From Spirochaetales bacterium (GTDB lineage: Bacteria > Spirochaetota > Spirochaetia > Treponematales > UBA12059): a stretch of DNA of 64,000 nt. Position 1 is the first letter of the stretch. Each line of letters opens with the position of its first letter. The stretch covers positions 186,001-250,000 of the forward strand of contig JAFGJV010000004.1 in assembly GCA_016928955.1 (NCBI GenBank), read 5' to 3'. The notes beneath the pieces were generated by a model, which saw only the letters and a list, made by a program, of their open reading frames with translations, was not told the DNA's origin and ran no database searches. A program made the position numbers and the translations under genes. Shown piece by piece: positions 1 through 9,894 of the stretch.

Positions 1-1742
1 GGGTCCGTGGCGGACGACAAGAATCCTATGCCAAGCACGGCCGCAACGGACGACGCGTACGGGGCCTGCTTGGCGGCATCGGCGGCTGCATCGGGGACAC
101 AGGTCAGCACCGCGGGCTTGTGCATATCCTCCACATCACGGAAGAGGAAGGATAGGCGCTCGGCGGCGTCGGAGCCGGACACCAGTGCGCACACCGATCC
201 CTCCGTACACAAGCGCGTCGCCTCCCTGGCAAGAAGGCCATTATCAGCGTTCAAAATTAGGACATGGTCTGTATTTGCAAGACGTGCAGCCTTGAAAACT
301 GCATCCTTGAGTCCCTGGAACACGTGGGCCGACCCTGCCTCGGCGCGCTCGGTCCAGGCGCCCTGGCCCTTGCCTGCCATGGCTTCACCAGACAGCCAGG
401 CGGCCAATTGGGCGTCCCGGCGGACGAGCACCTTCTCGCGAACCGCGGACTCGTACCCTTCGGCGCCCGGCTGGTAAAACAGGGCGTCGCCAAGGCTTGA
501 TGGCAGGTAGCGCTGGGCTATCCAGTGGCCCTTGTACGCGTGCGGGTAGAGGTAGCCCTGGCCGTGTCCCAGGCCATCCGCGTCTCGGCTTGCGTCCTTC
601 AGGTGGTCGGGAACCTCAGCGCGCTCGCGCTCTACGGCGGCAAGGGCGTCGAAATAGGCCATGGCAGAGTTGGATTTTGGCGCCGTTGCCAGGTACAGGG
701 CGGCCTCGGCAAGGTGGAACTGGCCCTCCGGCAGGCCTATGCGCTCGTACGCTGCGGCGCACGCGTTGACCACGCCTATGGCCGACGGATCTGCAAGTCC
801 CACGTCCTCGGCCGCCGATATGAGAAGGCGGCGGAACAGGAATCTGGGATCCTCGCCGGCGTATACCATGCGGGCCGTCCAGTACAGGGCGGCGTCCGGG
901 TCCGAGCCTCGTATGCTTTTGATCAGGGCGCTGGCCGCGTCATAGTGGTAGTCGCCGTCCCGGTCGTACAGCACGGCCCGCTTCTGTATGCTCTCCTCGG
1001 CCGCGGCCATGGTGACCAGAATGGCTGAGCCGTCCGGTGGGGGCCAGGAGCTGGCGCTTGTTTCAACTGCCAGCTCCAGGGCGTTGAGCAAGGAGCGAGC
1101 GTCGCCGTCGGACACGTCCACCAGGTGTTCCAGGGCCCCGTCGTCAAACGCGACCTTCCAGCGGCCATAGCCGCGCTCGGCATCGGCAAGGGCCTGGGCG
1201 GCGGCCTTGGCAAGCTCGCCTGGGCCCAAGGACGCGAGCTGGAACACCCGGGAGCGGCTGACCAGCGCACGGTTGACCTCGAAATACGGGTTCTCCGTGG
1301 TGGCGCCGATCAGGATGATGGTGCCGTTCTCCACCCAGGGCAGGAGCGCATCCTGCTGGGCCTTGTTCCAGCGGTGCACCTCGTCGACGAACAAGATGGT
1401 GCGCCGGTCGTATAGATCGCGCTCGCGAGTGGCCGATTCTATGGCGTCGCGTATGGCCTGGACGCCGGACAGCACCGCGTTGATGGACACAAAACGGGAG
1501 CTGGTGCTGTTGGCTATGATCCTGGCCAGGGTGGTTTTGCCCGTACCCGGAGGGCCTGACAGGATTATGGACGACAGCCTGTCCCGCTGTATGGCCCTGC
1601 GGAGGAGCTTGCCTGGCCCGACGATGTGTTCCTGGCCTATGAATTCGTCCAGGGTGCGTGGCCGCATGCGATCGGCCAGGGGCGCGGACGTTCCGGATAC
1701 GGAACCGCCGCCCGGTGGGGCGGCGGAAAAAAGGTCGCTCAC
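1..1742 (-). CDS. rarA: Replication-associated recombination protein A (RarA/MgsA AAA+ ATPase), long form with C-terminal extension; 3' end lies beyond the window
   Basis: Not in the ORF track because it has no stop in the window. Manual translation from GTG 1742 gives MSDLF...PLADRMRPRTLDEFIGQEHIVG...LSGPPGTGKTTLA (Walker A) and later HWIAQRYLP...FYQP, the MgsA C-terminal motif. Confidence 0.93.
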   Translation of the reverse strand, partial: MSDLFSAAPPGGGSVSGTSAPLADRMRPRTLDEFIGQEHIVGPGKLLRRAIQRDRLSSIILSGPPGTGKTTLARIIANSTSSRFVSINAVLSGVQAIRDAIESATRERDLYDRRTILFVDEVHRWNKAQQDALLPWVENGTIILIGATTENPYFEVNRALVSRSRVFQLASLGPGELAKAAAQALADAERGYGRWKVAFDDGALEHLVDVSDGDARSLLNALELAVETSASSWPPPDGSAILVTMAAAEESIQKRAVLYDRDGDYHYDAASALIKSIRGSDPDAALYWTARMVYAGEDPRFLFRRLLISAAEDVGLADPSAIGVVNACAAAYERIGLPEGQFHLAEAALYLATAPKSNSAMAYFDALAAVERERAEVPDHLKDASRDADGLGHGQGYLYPHAYKGHWIAQRYLPSSLGDALFYQPGAEGYESAVREKVLVRRDAQLAAWLSGEAMAGKGQGAWTERAEAGSAHVFQGLKDAVFKAARLANTDHVLILNADNGLLAREATRLCTEGSVCALVSGSDAAERLSFLFRDVEDMHKPAVLTCVPDAAADAAKQAPYASSVAAVLGIGFLSSATD

Positions 1743-1752
1743 GGGGCTTGTG

Positions 1753-2904
1753 CTACTCCCTGCGCCAGCCGGTCCACACAGAGCCGTCATGGTAGTTTGA
1801 CCACAGGCCGTTGCCGTCAGTCAGGGCAAAGAGCGATGTGCCCGTGCCTTCCTGCAGGCTGACGATGGACTTGATGGACGCCTTGTCCAGGGTAATGGCG
1901 TAGTTCGTTGGCCAGGACACCAGGTCACGGTCGGCGTTGGGGGTGGCCGTGGCCACATCAAAGCCGGTCGCGGCGAATTCCAGGTAGCCGCCTGGCGGGG
2001 CCGGGTCGGTGGAGCTTCTGTACCAGGAACGGGTGGGCATAAGGATGGCAGCCGTGCCGGCTGAAACGTAGACAGGCTGGTAGAAGGCGTACGCGTCGCC
2101 CCCAAGGTCGGTCTGGGCTGTGCTGGCGGCGCTCCAGGTGGTTCCGCTTACGGTATACATGACGCCCGAACGCGTTCCGAAAACGGTCTCGCCGGGCACG
2201 GCCGCGTATGCTACACCGCCAAAGTCCGCCGCCGGCGCCGTTGCGTCCACCGCTATGGCGCTTGCCGCCGTGCCGGTCAAGACCTGGGGACCGGCGGTGA
2301 ACCAGTATCTGGTGCCGTCAAAAGCAACCGAGTTAGGCTGGCCTATGGCGGCGTCTGCCGGACCCGCTGTGGCAAAGGCGGCTCCGTTCAGGTAGTACAG
2401 GCTGTGGGTGGTGTCCATGCTGTCGTCGCTGGCGGCGTGGAGGGCGGTAACGGCGAACACCTGGCCGTTGGCGCCGAGGACGCACCTGAGCTCCTCGCCG
2501 GCGGCCGGGAAAGCGGCGTCGACGCGGTTCCAACTTGTTCCGTTCCACGACCATACACCCAGGTCCGCGCCCGTGCCGGTGTCCGTGAACGTGGCATAGA
2601 GCGTGGTGCCGACAACGGCGGCGCTGGTGGCAAAGAGCGTGCCCGAGCCAACGGCGCTAACATCCATGCGGGTCCAAGGCCTGCCGCCTTCCGGGCGGCT
2701 CCACAGGACGCCGACACCCGCGTACATGGTGGTATCCGCCTTGACCACGAAGGCTGGGGACGCGTTCTCGAATTCCTTGGTCATGAGGGCGTTAATGTCC
2801 GTCTCGCCGGCTATGCTGGCAAAGATGCCCACCGGGCCCTCTTCGCAGGACGAGAGCGACACGACGACGACGGCAGCCAAGGCCAGTAGTTTGAGCGCTT
2901 TCAT
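1753..2904 (-). CDS. Hypothetical lipoprotein, beta-strand rich (possibly a propeller)
   Basis: MKALKLLALAAVVVVSLSSC is a signal peptide with a spirochaete-type lipobox; GGAGG RBS; many W-containing beta segments. Confidence 0.8.
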   Translation of the reverse strand: MKALKLLALAAVVVVSLSSCEEGPVGIFASIAGETDINALMTKEFENASPAFVVKADTTMYAGVGVLWSRPEGGRPWTRMDVSAVGSGTLFATSAAVVGTTLYATFTDTGTGADLGVWSWNGTSWNRVDAAFPAAGEELRCVLGANGQVFAVTALHAASDDSMDTTHSLYYLNGAAFATAGPADAAIGQPNSVAFDGTRYWFTAGPQVLTGTAASAIAVDATAPAADFGGVAYAAVPGETVFGTRSGVMYTVSGTTWSAASTAQTDLGGDAYAFYQPVYVSAGTAAILMPTRSWYRSSTDPAPPGGYLEFAATGFDVATATPNADRDLVSWPTNYAITLDKASIKSIVSLQEGTGTSLFALTDGNGLWSNYHDGSVWTGWRRE

Positions 2905-2916
2905 GATGCCTCCGCC

Positions 2917-3504
2917 TTACAGGTGATACGACACGGACAGCGTGGCTTCCATGAAGAAGCCCACCCGGTTCTGGGTGCTGTCCTCGTAGAACTGGGGAAT
3001 GATGTCCGCAAACAGGTGCAGTCCGTAGCTCACGTCGCTGTTATAGCGCCACAGGAAGGATGACCCCAGTTTGAACAGCGGATCTATGTGCTTGTAATCT
3101 GACAGGGAACTGATGGCCATACCCACGCCTATGGTAGGCAGGATGGATATGGGCGACAAGTTGATGGCGTATGCAGCCTTGAAGGATATGGGGGCCAGGA
3201 AGAGCCGCCGTTCGGCCAGCGTCGTTATGAACGCTCCGCCCGCGTCGCCGCCGAGGGCCCAATGCTCGTCCAGAAAGCCAAGATAGGACAGGCCAAAGGC
3301 AAAACCCAGGGTGGAATTGGGGCCAACAAGGCCGGGCTGGGTGGGGTCGTAAAAGCCGAGGGGAATGTTGGTTCCGAGGTTGAGCGAGAAAATGCCGTCG
3401 CCCTTCTCGTAGTCGCTGTATTCCACCGCCGATAGGCCGTCTTGGGCGTACACGGGGGCCAGGGCGGCCGCCACAAGGAGCAAAGCAAGGAATCGGATGC
3501 GCAT
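2917..3504 (-). CDS. Small outer-membrane beta-barrel protein (TP0733/OmpW-like)
   Basis: Signal peptide, alternating amphipathic strands and a C-terminal ...LSVSYHL beta signal; GGAGG RBS. Confidence 0.72.
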   Translation of the reverse strand: MRIRFLALLLVAAALAPVYAQDGLSAVEYSDYEKGDGIFSLNLGTNIPLGFYDPTQPGLVGPNSTLGFAFGLSYLGFLDEHWALGGDAGGAFITTLAERRLFLAPISFKAAYAINLSPISILPTIGVGMAISSLSDYKHIDPLFKLGSSFLWRYNSDVSYGLHLFADIIPQFYEDSTQNRVGFFMEATLSVSYHL

Positions 3505-3615
3505 CGATCCTCCATTTTCTGTTGGGCGTTGGTGCGCGGATACGCGCGGAACCGTCGCGGTCCCGCCACTATACCACAGGCGCCACCCCGTGAAAAGGCT
3601 CGTGACGCCCGCTCG

Positions 3616-4137
3616 TTACCGTCTGGAAGCGCATTTTTTCGCAGCCATGCCGGCAAGCACGGACGGTCCCTCCTGCCACCAGGCCGCGTGTTCGTCCCAT
3701 ACCAGCCTGTACGCTGCCAGGCGGTAACGCCCAAAACGAGGGTAGGGCGGCGGCGGGAGGTCGATGGACTGGTCGGCGTGTCCGCAGTACAGCCCCAGGC
3801 CGGCGATGAAGGGCGCTTGGTCTAGGCGGGCACGGCCGATGCCCATATCGCGTAGCTGGGAAAGCGACTGAGTGTCAAAACCCAGGTAGAGTTGATCATC
3901 GTGGCGTACAAAACCGGTAAAACCCAACGGCCCGACCAATGCCGCCGCTCCGCGTTCAAGATCGGCACAGATGGGCGCGGATTCAGACCAGGCCACTACG
4001 GGACAGTCAAAGAAGGCCCGCGCTCCGGGAAGGCCGGATCTGAACAGCCGCTCCCTGAGCCCTGCCAGTTCAGCCAGAACATTGCCTGAAGGCAGACACG
4101 AGAGAGCCCACACCATGTTCTGTGTTCCCAAAGGCAT
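3616..4137 (-). CDS. Hypothetical protein
   Basis: 173-aa ORF filling the gap between neighbours; TATACT just upstream; no motif recognised. Confidence 0.55.
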   Translation of the reverse strand: MPLGTQNMVWALSCLPSGNVLAELAGLRERLFRSGLPGARAFFDCPVVAWSESAPICADLERGAAALVGPLGFTGFVRHDDQLYLGFDTQSLSQLRDMGIGRARLDQAPFIAGLGLYCGHADQSIDLPPPPYPRFGRYRLAAYRLVWDEHAAWWQEGPSVLAGMAAKKCASRR

Positions 4138-4249
4138 GGAGGCATAGTATACTCGGCGCTAGACGGTGTAAAGAAGCGCCAGCGGTAGGCGTCAAAACGC
4201 GCGTTTTGCGACCGCCCATGCAAGCGGCAATAAAAACGGGGGAGCATAC

Positions 4250-5017
4250 ATGAAGCACAGAGTCGAGCGCTTGGCTGAACGCCTGACGTCCGTTCTCGCA
4301 TCCTGGCCCATGGTGGAATGCGTTCTTTCCTGCGAGGCGTCGGAGACGGACGTCCTTGACCCGTATTTTGCCCTGGTGCTCGACGTGTTCTGCTCGGGCG
4401 ACATTCCCGACGACCAGGTGCGCCAGGAAGCCTTTGAGAATCCCGGCGCCTTCGAGAGCTCCCGCGCTAAGGAAAAGGACCGTTTTTTCCTGGAGGGGCT
4501 TCCTATACGCATAGAGTACAAACAGGTAGGAAGCGTGGACGAGATACTGGAAAAGCGCTTCAATATCATGTGGGTATACCGCAATTCGGGCACCTACCTC
4601 TTTTACCGGCTGGTGGACGGCAAGGTTCTGTACAAACGCTCGGAATGGATAGACCGCGTGAGGGAAGGCCTGTCGCGTACGCCGCCTGAGTTCTGGGAGC
4701 GGCTCAAGGAAACGCACCTGTTTTCCATGGAGCACAGCCTGAGCGATCTGGGCGGAGCAGCCCTCAAGGACGACTGGTACTTCTTCATGACATCGCTGGT
4801 CGGCTTCATGCGCGCGTGCATATCCACGCTGTTTGCCATCAACCAGGCATGGGAGCCGTCTGACCGGCACATGACCGAGGCGCTCAATGCCCTGGCCGTG
4901 CTTCCGGAGGATTTCCAGGGCCGTTGGGCCACCCTCCTCCGCGTGGACGGTTCGGCCACGCCCGAGCGCAAATATCAGGTTGCCCAACTCGTGGCCAAAA
5001 GCATATTTTCTATGTAA
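4250..5017 (+). CDS. Nucleotidyltransferase-like protein (DUF4037-type)
   Basis: GGGGAG RBS; N-terminal DPYFALVLDVF segment followed by a helical substrate-binding-like domain; family call from recall only. Confidence 0.6.
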   Translation: MKHRVERLAERLTSVLASWPMVECVLSCEASETDVLDPYFALVLDVFCSGDIPDDQVRQEAFENPGAFESSRAKEKDRFFLEGLPIRIEYKQVGSVDEILEKRFNIMWVYRNSGTYLFYRLVDGKVLYKRSEWIDRVREGLSRTPPEFWERLKETHLFSMEHSLSDLGGAALKDDWYFFMTSLVGFMRACISTLFAINQAWEPSDRHMTEALNALAVLPEDFQGRWATLLRVDGSATPERKYQVAQLVAKSIFSM

Positions 5018-5022
5018 GCACC

Positions 5023-6588
5023 ATGAGAACAACAGTACGTGCCGTTCCGCTGATCCTGGCCCTGGCGTCGTGTTCCTTCGGCAGGGTTGAAGACCTTTCC
5101 TTCTCGGACTCTGACGGCAGCTCCCAGGCCGTGTACGCGGAAAAAGCCAAGAACGCCCGATTTCTAGGGGCGGAGAATCCAGAGAGCGAATATTTCTTCT
5201 CGTCCGAGGAAATTCCCGGGGATACGGACCTGGCTCTCACCCTGACGGGCGAAGCCGATATCCGGGTCACGGCTCTCTACCAGGTTGAGGACGACAAAAA
5301 GGCGACTGTGGACGGTCCTTCAGCCGTCTTCCCCGGACTGGGCGCCGTATGGAGGGATCTCAGGTTGGCCCTGGAGCCCGGCACGCCTCTTGCCGGCCTC
5401 AGGCTCACCGTGGAGGGCGAGGGTTCGGTCACCCTGCATTATATAGGCCTCCGGCCGCGGTATATCGGATACCGGGCCGCCAGCGATAAGGCCCCCGAGC
5501 TGGCGAGCGCCGGAGTACGCTTGGTCATGGACGCGTCTGGCGCCGTGGCAGAAGTCAGCTTTACCCAGCCCGTCCCTAAGGGCGGCTCGCTCGCGGCTAC
5601 AGGCCGGCAGGAACACCCGCTGGTGTTCGGGGAATCAACACGCTTTACCCTACAGGCTTTGGGCAGGGAGTCAGCCATTCCCCTGGCCTTTTTGGATACG
5701 GCCGTGGTGAGATCCTCCGGCGGCATTGAAGAAGTCCGCTATGTTCCGGGAAACGGAGCTCCCCTGGCAGACCTCCATTCCGTATTGGACGCGGCATGGC
5801 CAGGCGGCGACTACGCGCTGTACCGCTGGGATGCGCTGCCGGGCACCTTGATACTGGATTTCAAGGATTACGCCACCCAGGATCGATACCTCAAACGCCT
5901 GGCGTTTTTCGCTGAAAAGCCCGGCTTTAGGGGACGAATAGCTTCGGATGAGGAAATAGCCGGCCTCCATGGCTGGAACGCCCACGATTACCCAACATGG
6001 ACCCTGCGCAACTTCTACACCCTGGCAGAGTCGTCGGGCTTCACGCTCAACCAGTCTGAATACCGACTGCTGGACCTGCTTGTGGCCTACGGCATACTCA
6101 GGCGGGGGGAGGACGGCTCGCTGAGCGAGGGTGCGGGAGCTGTCATATCGTTCACCAGGGAATCCAGCGCAGCTCTTCGCAGGCTATTTGCCGACCATGA
6201 AGCGTCGCACGCCCTGTTTTTCCAGGATCAGGCATACCGAGACCTGACCGCTGCCTTATGGAACGCCCAGCCAAAAGCGGCGCTGGACTTCTGGCTTGAG
6301 CATTTCCAGTGGCGTTCATATGATACGGCCGACGACTACCTGATGGTCAACGAGTACCAGGCGTATCTGGTTCAGCAGAGCGTATCGGCGACACGCTGGT
6401 ACGTGGGCGGAAACGTGATGGCGCGGCTGTCCGCGGTCCACCCTGAACGGGCGTCCTACCATGCTGCTACACGGGCCATAGTGGAGGACAGTTCCGTGTC
6501 ATCGGCGGCCGAGCTGGATTCGTACCTGGCTCGCGTATGGGGCCTGGGAGCCGGGCGTCTGGGCAGGCTGGAATCCGTGTCGTATTAG
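5023..6588 (+). CDS. Hypothetical lipoprotein with HExxH motif (putative zinc metallopeptidase)
   Basis: Start reassigned to ATG 5023 (MRTTVRAVPLILALASC lipobox); HEASH at 6196-6210 and a downstream NE. Confidence 0.7.
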   Translation: MRTTVRAVPLILALASCSFGRVEDLSFSDSDGSSQAVYAEKAKNARFLGAENPESEYFFSSEEIPGDTDLALTLTGEADIRVTALYQVEDDKKATVDGPSAVFPGLGAVWRDLRLALEPGTPLAGLRLTVEGEGSVTLHYIGLRPRYIGYRAASDKAPELASAGVRLVMDASGAVAEVSFTQPVPKGGSLAATGRQEHPLVFGESTRFTLQALGRESAIPLAFLDTAVVRSSGGIEEVRYVPGNGAPLADLHSVLDAAWPGGDYALYRWDALPGTLILDFKDYATQDRYLKRLAFFAEKPGFRGRIASDEEIAGLHGWNAHDYPTWTLRNFYTLAESSGFTLNQSEYRLLDLLVAYGILRRGEDGSLSEGAGAVISFTRESSAALRRLFADHEASHALFFQDQAYRDLTAALWNAQPKAALDFWLEHFQWRSYDTADDYLMVNEYQAYLVQQSVSATRWYVGGNVMARLSAVHPERASYHAATRAIVEDSSVSSAAELDSYLARVWGLGAGRLGRLESVSY

Positions 6589-6626
6589 CAGGCTGCTGGC
6601 AAGGCATGCGGCTTTGTCAGCCAAAT

Positions 6627-6664
6627 GGGAATCTCTAATAACCATGGGGTTTTAGAGGTTTCCC
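6627..6664. repeat. Short palindromic repeat, relative of the element at 25776-25882
   Basis: GGGAATCTCTAATAACCATGGGGTTTTAGAGGTTTCCC is nearly identical to 25851-25882 over ~32 bp; it lies between convergent genes. Confidence 0.8.
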
Positions 6665-6668
6665 AATG

Positions 6669-8360
6669 TTAGTCCCGCAGCTCACCACGGACTTTAGCTA
6701 TGCTCCACTCAAGCGCGTCCCTCAACACGGAAGCCCTGCCAGAACCACGCGTCTCCGCTTCCTTGCGGAACGCGGCTACGGAGGGCAGGATGGTTACCAG
6801 GGCCTCAAGGGCATCGGGTTCGAGCTCTGCCATGTATGAGCCGGCCTTGGCCGGCGTCTCGGGACCACGTAGCCGCGGGAGGCCCGTGAGGGCTTTCAGA
6901 TAGGATTTCATAAAATCGTCGGTGCCCATGAACAGCCTTCCGGAGGCAAACACCGCGCCCGGGGGGCCGGGAGGGACCTGCGTAGCTTTGTCTCCGTCCA
7001 GAGTGGAGGCCGCGCCTCCGCCGCGTCGTCTGGTAACGAACATGGCCAGGGATGACCCATAACGCTCAAAGCGCTCCAAATACACATCAAGCTGGCGGTT
7101 CCGGTAGCGGAATAAACCGTCCGGGTCGTTTTCCTTGCGTACGGTGCAGGACCTGAACATGAGCTCGACATGCATGCTCTCGAACGGGCCCAGGCGAGCC
7201 TGCCTGGCGTCAAAATACCGGTGTATGTAGGTACCCCTTGCGTAGCTCCTCCCGCCCGGATACGAATAGTCAGCACCGTAAACGGACACCTGCCTGGCCC
7301 CGAGCCTGGCTGCCAGGGACAGCGCCGCGTGGGTGACATTCCCGCCGGACGTGTCCAGGCTGGGGAAGGCCCTGAGCCTGGACGATATGTAGCCGGCAAA
7401 AGGATGGGCCGACGCAAAGAAGTACGGTCGCCGTGCCAGCCTGGCCAGGTTGGGCGGCGACGCCAGATCGAGGAACAGAGGAACGTCCTCAGGCAAGCCG
7501 TCCATGTAATGGTAGTAGCTGATGTGCTGGCAATCTATGGATATGACCGCGTCAGGTTTCACGCCTGAGCCCAAAAGGGCCGGAAGGCTTGTGTCCGTGG
7601 CAATAAGAAACTCGTCGCGCGAACGGCTTTTCAGGAGGGGCACGGCATCCTCTAGGCTCGGGCCGGCGCCCGTGACGATGGCTCTGCGAACAGGCGCCAC
7701 AGGCGGTGTCGCCAAGCATGCCTGCCGGATGTTCCTGACGATATTGGAAAACCATCGCTTGCCGAAATGCGCCTGTACCGAGTAGTCGTCGGATACGGAC
7801 GACAAGGCCCCCTTCAGGGCCACCGAAGCGCTGTGGAAGCGCTCGCTCTCCGCGTCAACACGGGATGAAAGGGGCACCACGGAAAAACCGCCGGCCACGG
7901 CAGGCACATACAGCTCGGCCACCGCCGCCGCAAGCTCGTCGTCCGCTGGATCGACCATGAGGCACAGGCGCCTGTCAGCCAGGAGCCTGGTCAGGTCCAG
8001 GCGCTCCAGGAGCGCCCTGAGGGTGGACGCCCTGTATTCAACGATGAGACCACGATTCAAAAGCCCGCTATCCAGGAGAGCCAGGGGCAGGAATCCGGCG
8101 CCCAAGCCCAGAAACACGTAAAATCCCCCGCCATCATAGGCGCGCGCAAGGCGCGTGGCTTCCCGTACAGGATCAAAGCGGGAATGCATGTGCGCCCTGC
8201 GCCCGGCCAGGTCAAGATAGGGTACTTGGCTACCGTCCCTGGCGCTCTCAAAACCCACCCTGGTATCTGGGCGAGCGGCTCTGATGCGCGAGGCGGTGGA
8301 TTCTGGGTGAAACGACGCTATGGCAAGCATATTGCGCTCGAACAAGGCCGGATCAGGCAT
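6669..8360 (-). CDS. Maf-family (motility accessory factor / MptE-like DUF115) protein
   Basis: LFERNMLA, HSRFDPVREA, FLGLGAG, WFSNIVRN, VTGAGPSL, IATDT, PDAVISID, GGNVTHAA and GADYSY match the Maf/DUF115 pattern. Confidence 0.85.
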   Translation of the reverse strand: MPDPALFERNMLAIASFHPESTASRIRAARPDTRVGFESARDGSQVPYLDLAGRRAHMHSRFDPVREATRLARAYDGGGFYVFLGLGAGFLPLALLDSGLLNRGLIVEYRASTLRALLERLDLTRLLADRRLCLMVDPADDELAAAVAELYVPAVAGGFSVVPLSSRVDAESERFHSASVALKGALSSVSDDYSVQAHFGKRWFSNIVRNIRQACLATPPVAPVRRAIVTGAGPSLEDAVPLLKSRSRDEFLIATDTSLPALLGSGVKPDAVISIDCQHISYYHYMDGLPEDVPLFLDLASPPNLARLARRPYFFASAHPFAGYISSRLRAFPSLDTSGGNVTHAALSLAARLGARQVSVYGADYSYPGGRSYARGTYIHRYFDARQARLGPFESMHVELMFRSCTVRKENDPDGLFRYRNRQLDVYLERFERYGSSLAMFVTRRRGGGAASTLDGDKATQVPPGPPGAVFASGRLFMGTDDFMKSYLKALTGLPRLRGPETPAKAGSYMAELEPDALEALVTILPSVAAFRKEAETRGSGRASVLRDALEWSIAKVRGELRD

Positions 8361-9894
8361 GGTCTGCCTCCGCAAAGCTGGCACAGCCCCTGTCCACGGC
8401 GGCCAGGGCAGCCTGAATCCGTTCGGCGTCCGAACGCATCCTTGCCGCGTCCGCTATCACGGCGGCCGCGTCTCGTCCGGCCAGGGCCAGCAGGGCAAGC
8501 ACCTGGTCGGGATCCAGGTGGCGGGGTTCAGAGGCAAGGGCCGCGACCGAACTTTTCAGGCTTTGCGCTAGCTGCGCAAGGCCAACGGCAAAGCGCCTGG
8601 CGGGATCCGCGCTGGGATCCGGCGCGGGAATAAGCGCGGGCCGTTGGCTTTTTCCGTATGCGGAAAGAGCGGCGGCAAAAGCGTCCTGGGTAGCCGCAGT
8701 ACACCATGGCAGAGCTCCGGGCCTTCCCAGGGTAAAAAATCGCTTGACGTTGTTCCTTCTCAACCCAGAAGCATAGGCGTCAAAGGCTCTGGACAGCCTC
8801 CATGAGCAGCTGACCTGCGGATATCGCTCAAAAGCGCTGGTCACCATCTGCGACGTGCCGGGGTTGACGCGCGACGAGTATTCCCGGTCCACGTGGTCAA
8901 GGGCATAGGGGCGGGCATGGGCTAGGTAGGATCTGGCCGCGAGATCCAGGCCCGCTATAAACACAGGGCCTGAGCCAGCAGAGGCTGCTATGTCCAAGGC
9001 TGCCCCTGCAGCCGTACCCGAGCTTGGCGCCTTGAAGGCCCTGCTGCCCACGGCCATCGCGGCCAGTTCGTCAAAAGGCAGCGCGGTGTCCAGCGGAAGC
9101 AACATGCCCGCCCCGTCTAGTATGGACGCGGGTAGGAAGGAGCCTGGGGCGCAAGCCAGGGGCACCTTGCCATCCTGGGCCAGGCGCACGTGCAAGGCGT
9201 TCCACGGACCTGGATCGGTGGACACAAGAAGGTCTGGAATGACCCCGTGCTTGGACAAGGCGGCGTGCGCGGCGGCAAGGGCGACCACAAAGACATCCTG
9301 CCGCCTTTCCCTGAGCACGGGGAGAACCGGCTCAAGGCTAGGTCCTGCGCATGCTACTAGCGTCAGCCCCTGGCCAGGCTTGAGTTCGGCCAGGTTCCTG
9401 GGAGCGGCGGAAAAGCGCCAGGCGTTTCTCAGCCAGCGCCTGGCCCAATAGGCAGACGTGGCGGCGTTGGATGAAAGAAGCTCCAGGGCCGTTTCGGCTG
9501 CCGTACGGATACGGCCCGCCCAGCCGGGAAAGGCTCGCATGACCGGAGGCCATTCGAGTATCGCCACACCTCCCGCTGCCTTGCCGTCATACAGCTGAGC
9601 GTCAAAAAAGGCTAAAAGCTCCTGCCCTGAGCCCGGCGACCAGCAGGGATAGGGGAGCGCGGTCCAATGGCGGTCAAAACACGCGTCCGGCTGCACGGCA
9701 AGTATCCTGGTCCCGGGCAGGATGGAACTCAGGGCCGTTGCCAAAAACGGCATGCCGGGGCCAAGGAGTATCACAAGGGACGGGTGCTTGCCCTTGAGCT
9801 CGCGCACGGCAAAACGCTCGGCTTCCCTGCCCGGATCGTAACGCGAGTGGAACGTGTCTGTTCGCGGATCGGACGAGCTCGGGGAAGGGTTCAC
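8353..9894 (-). CDS. Maf-family (MptE-like DUF115) protein, paralogue
   Basis: Start at GTG 9894 (GTGA overlap with the upstream stop); HSRYDPGREA, WLRNA, ACAGPSL, PDLLVSTDPG, SGTAAGAA, GLDLA. Confidence 0.8.
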   Translation of the reverse strand: MNPSPSSSDPRTDTFHSRYDPGREAERFAVRELKGKHPSLVILLGPGMPFLATALSSILPGTRILAVQPDACFDRHWTALPYPCWSPGSGQELLAFFDAQLYDGKAAGGVAILEWPPVMRAFPGWAGRIRTAAETALELLSSNAATSAYWARRWLRNAWRFSAAPRNLAELKPGQGLTLVACAGPSLEPVLPVLRERRQDVFVVALAAAHAALSKHGVIPDLLVSTDPGPWNALHVRLAQDGKVPLACAPGSFLPASILDGAGMLLPLDTALPFDELAAMAVGSRAFKAPSSGTAAGAALDIAASAGSGPVFIAGLDLAARSYLAHARPYALDHVDREYSSRVNPGTSQMVTSAFERYPQVSCSWRLSRAFDAYASGLRRNNVKRFFTLGRPGALPWCTAATQDAFAAALSAYGKSQRPALIPAPDPSADPARRFAVGLAQLAQSLKSSVAALASEPRHLDPDQVLALLALAGRDAAAVIADAARMRSDAERIQAALAAVDRGCASFAEADHA

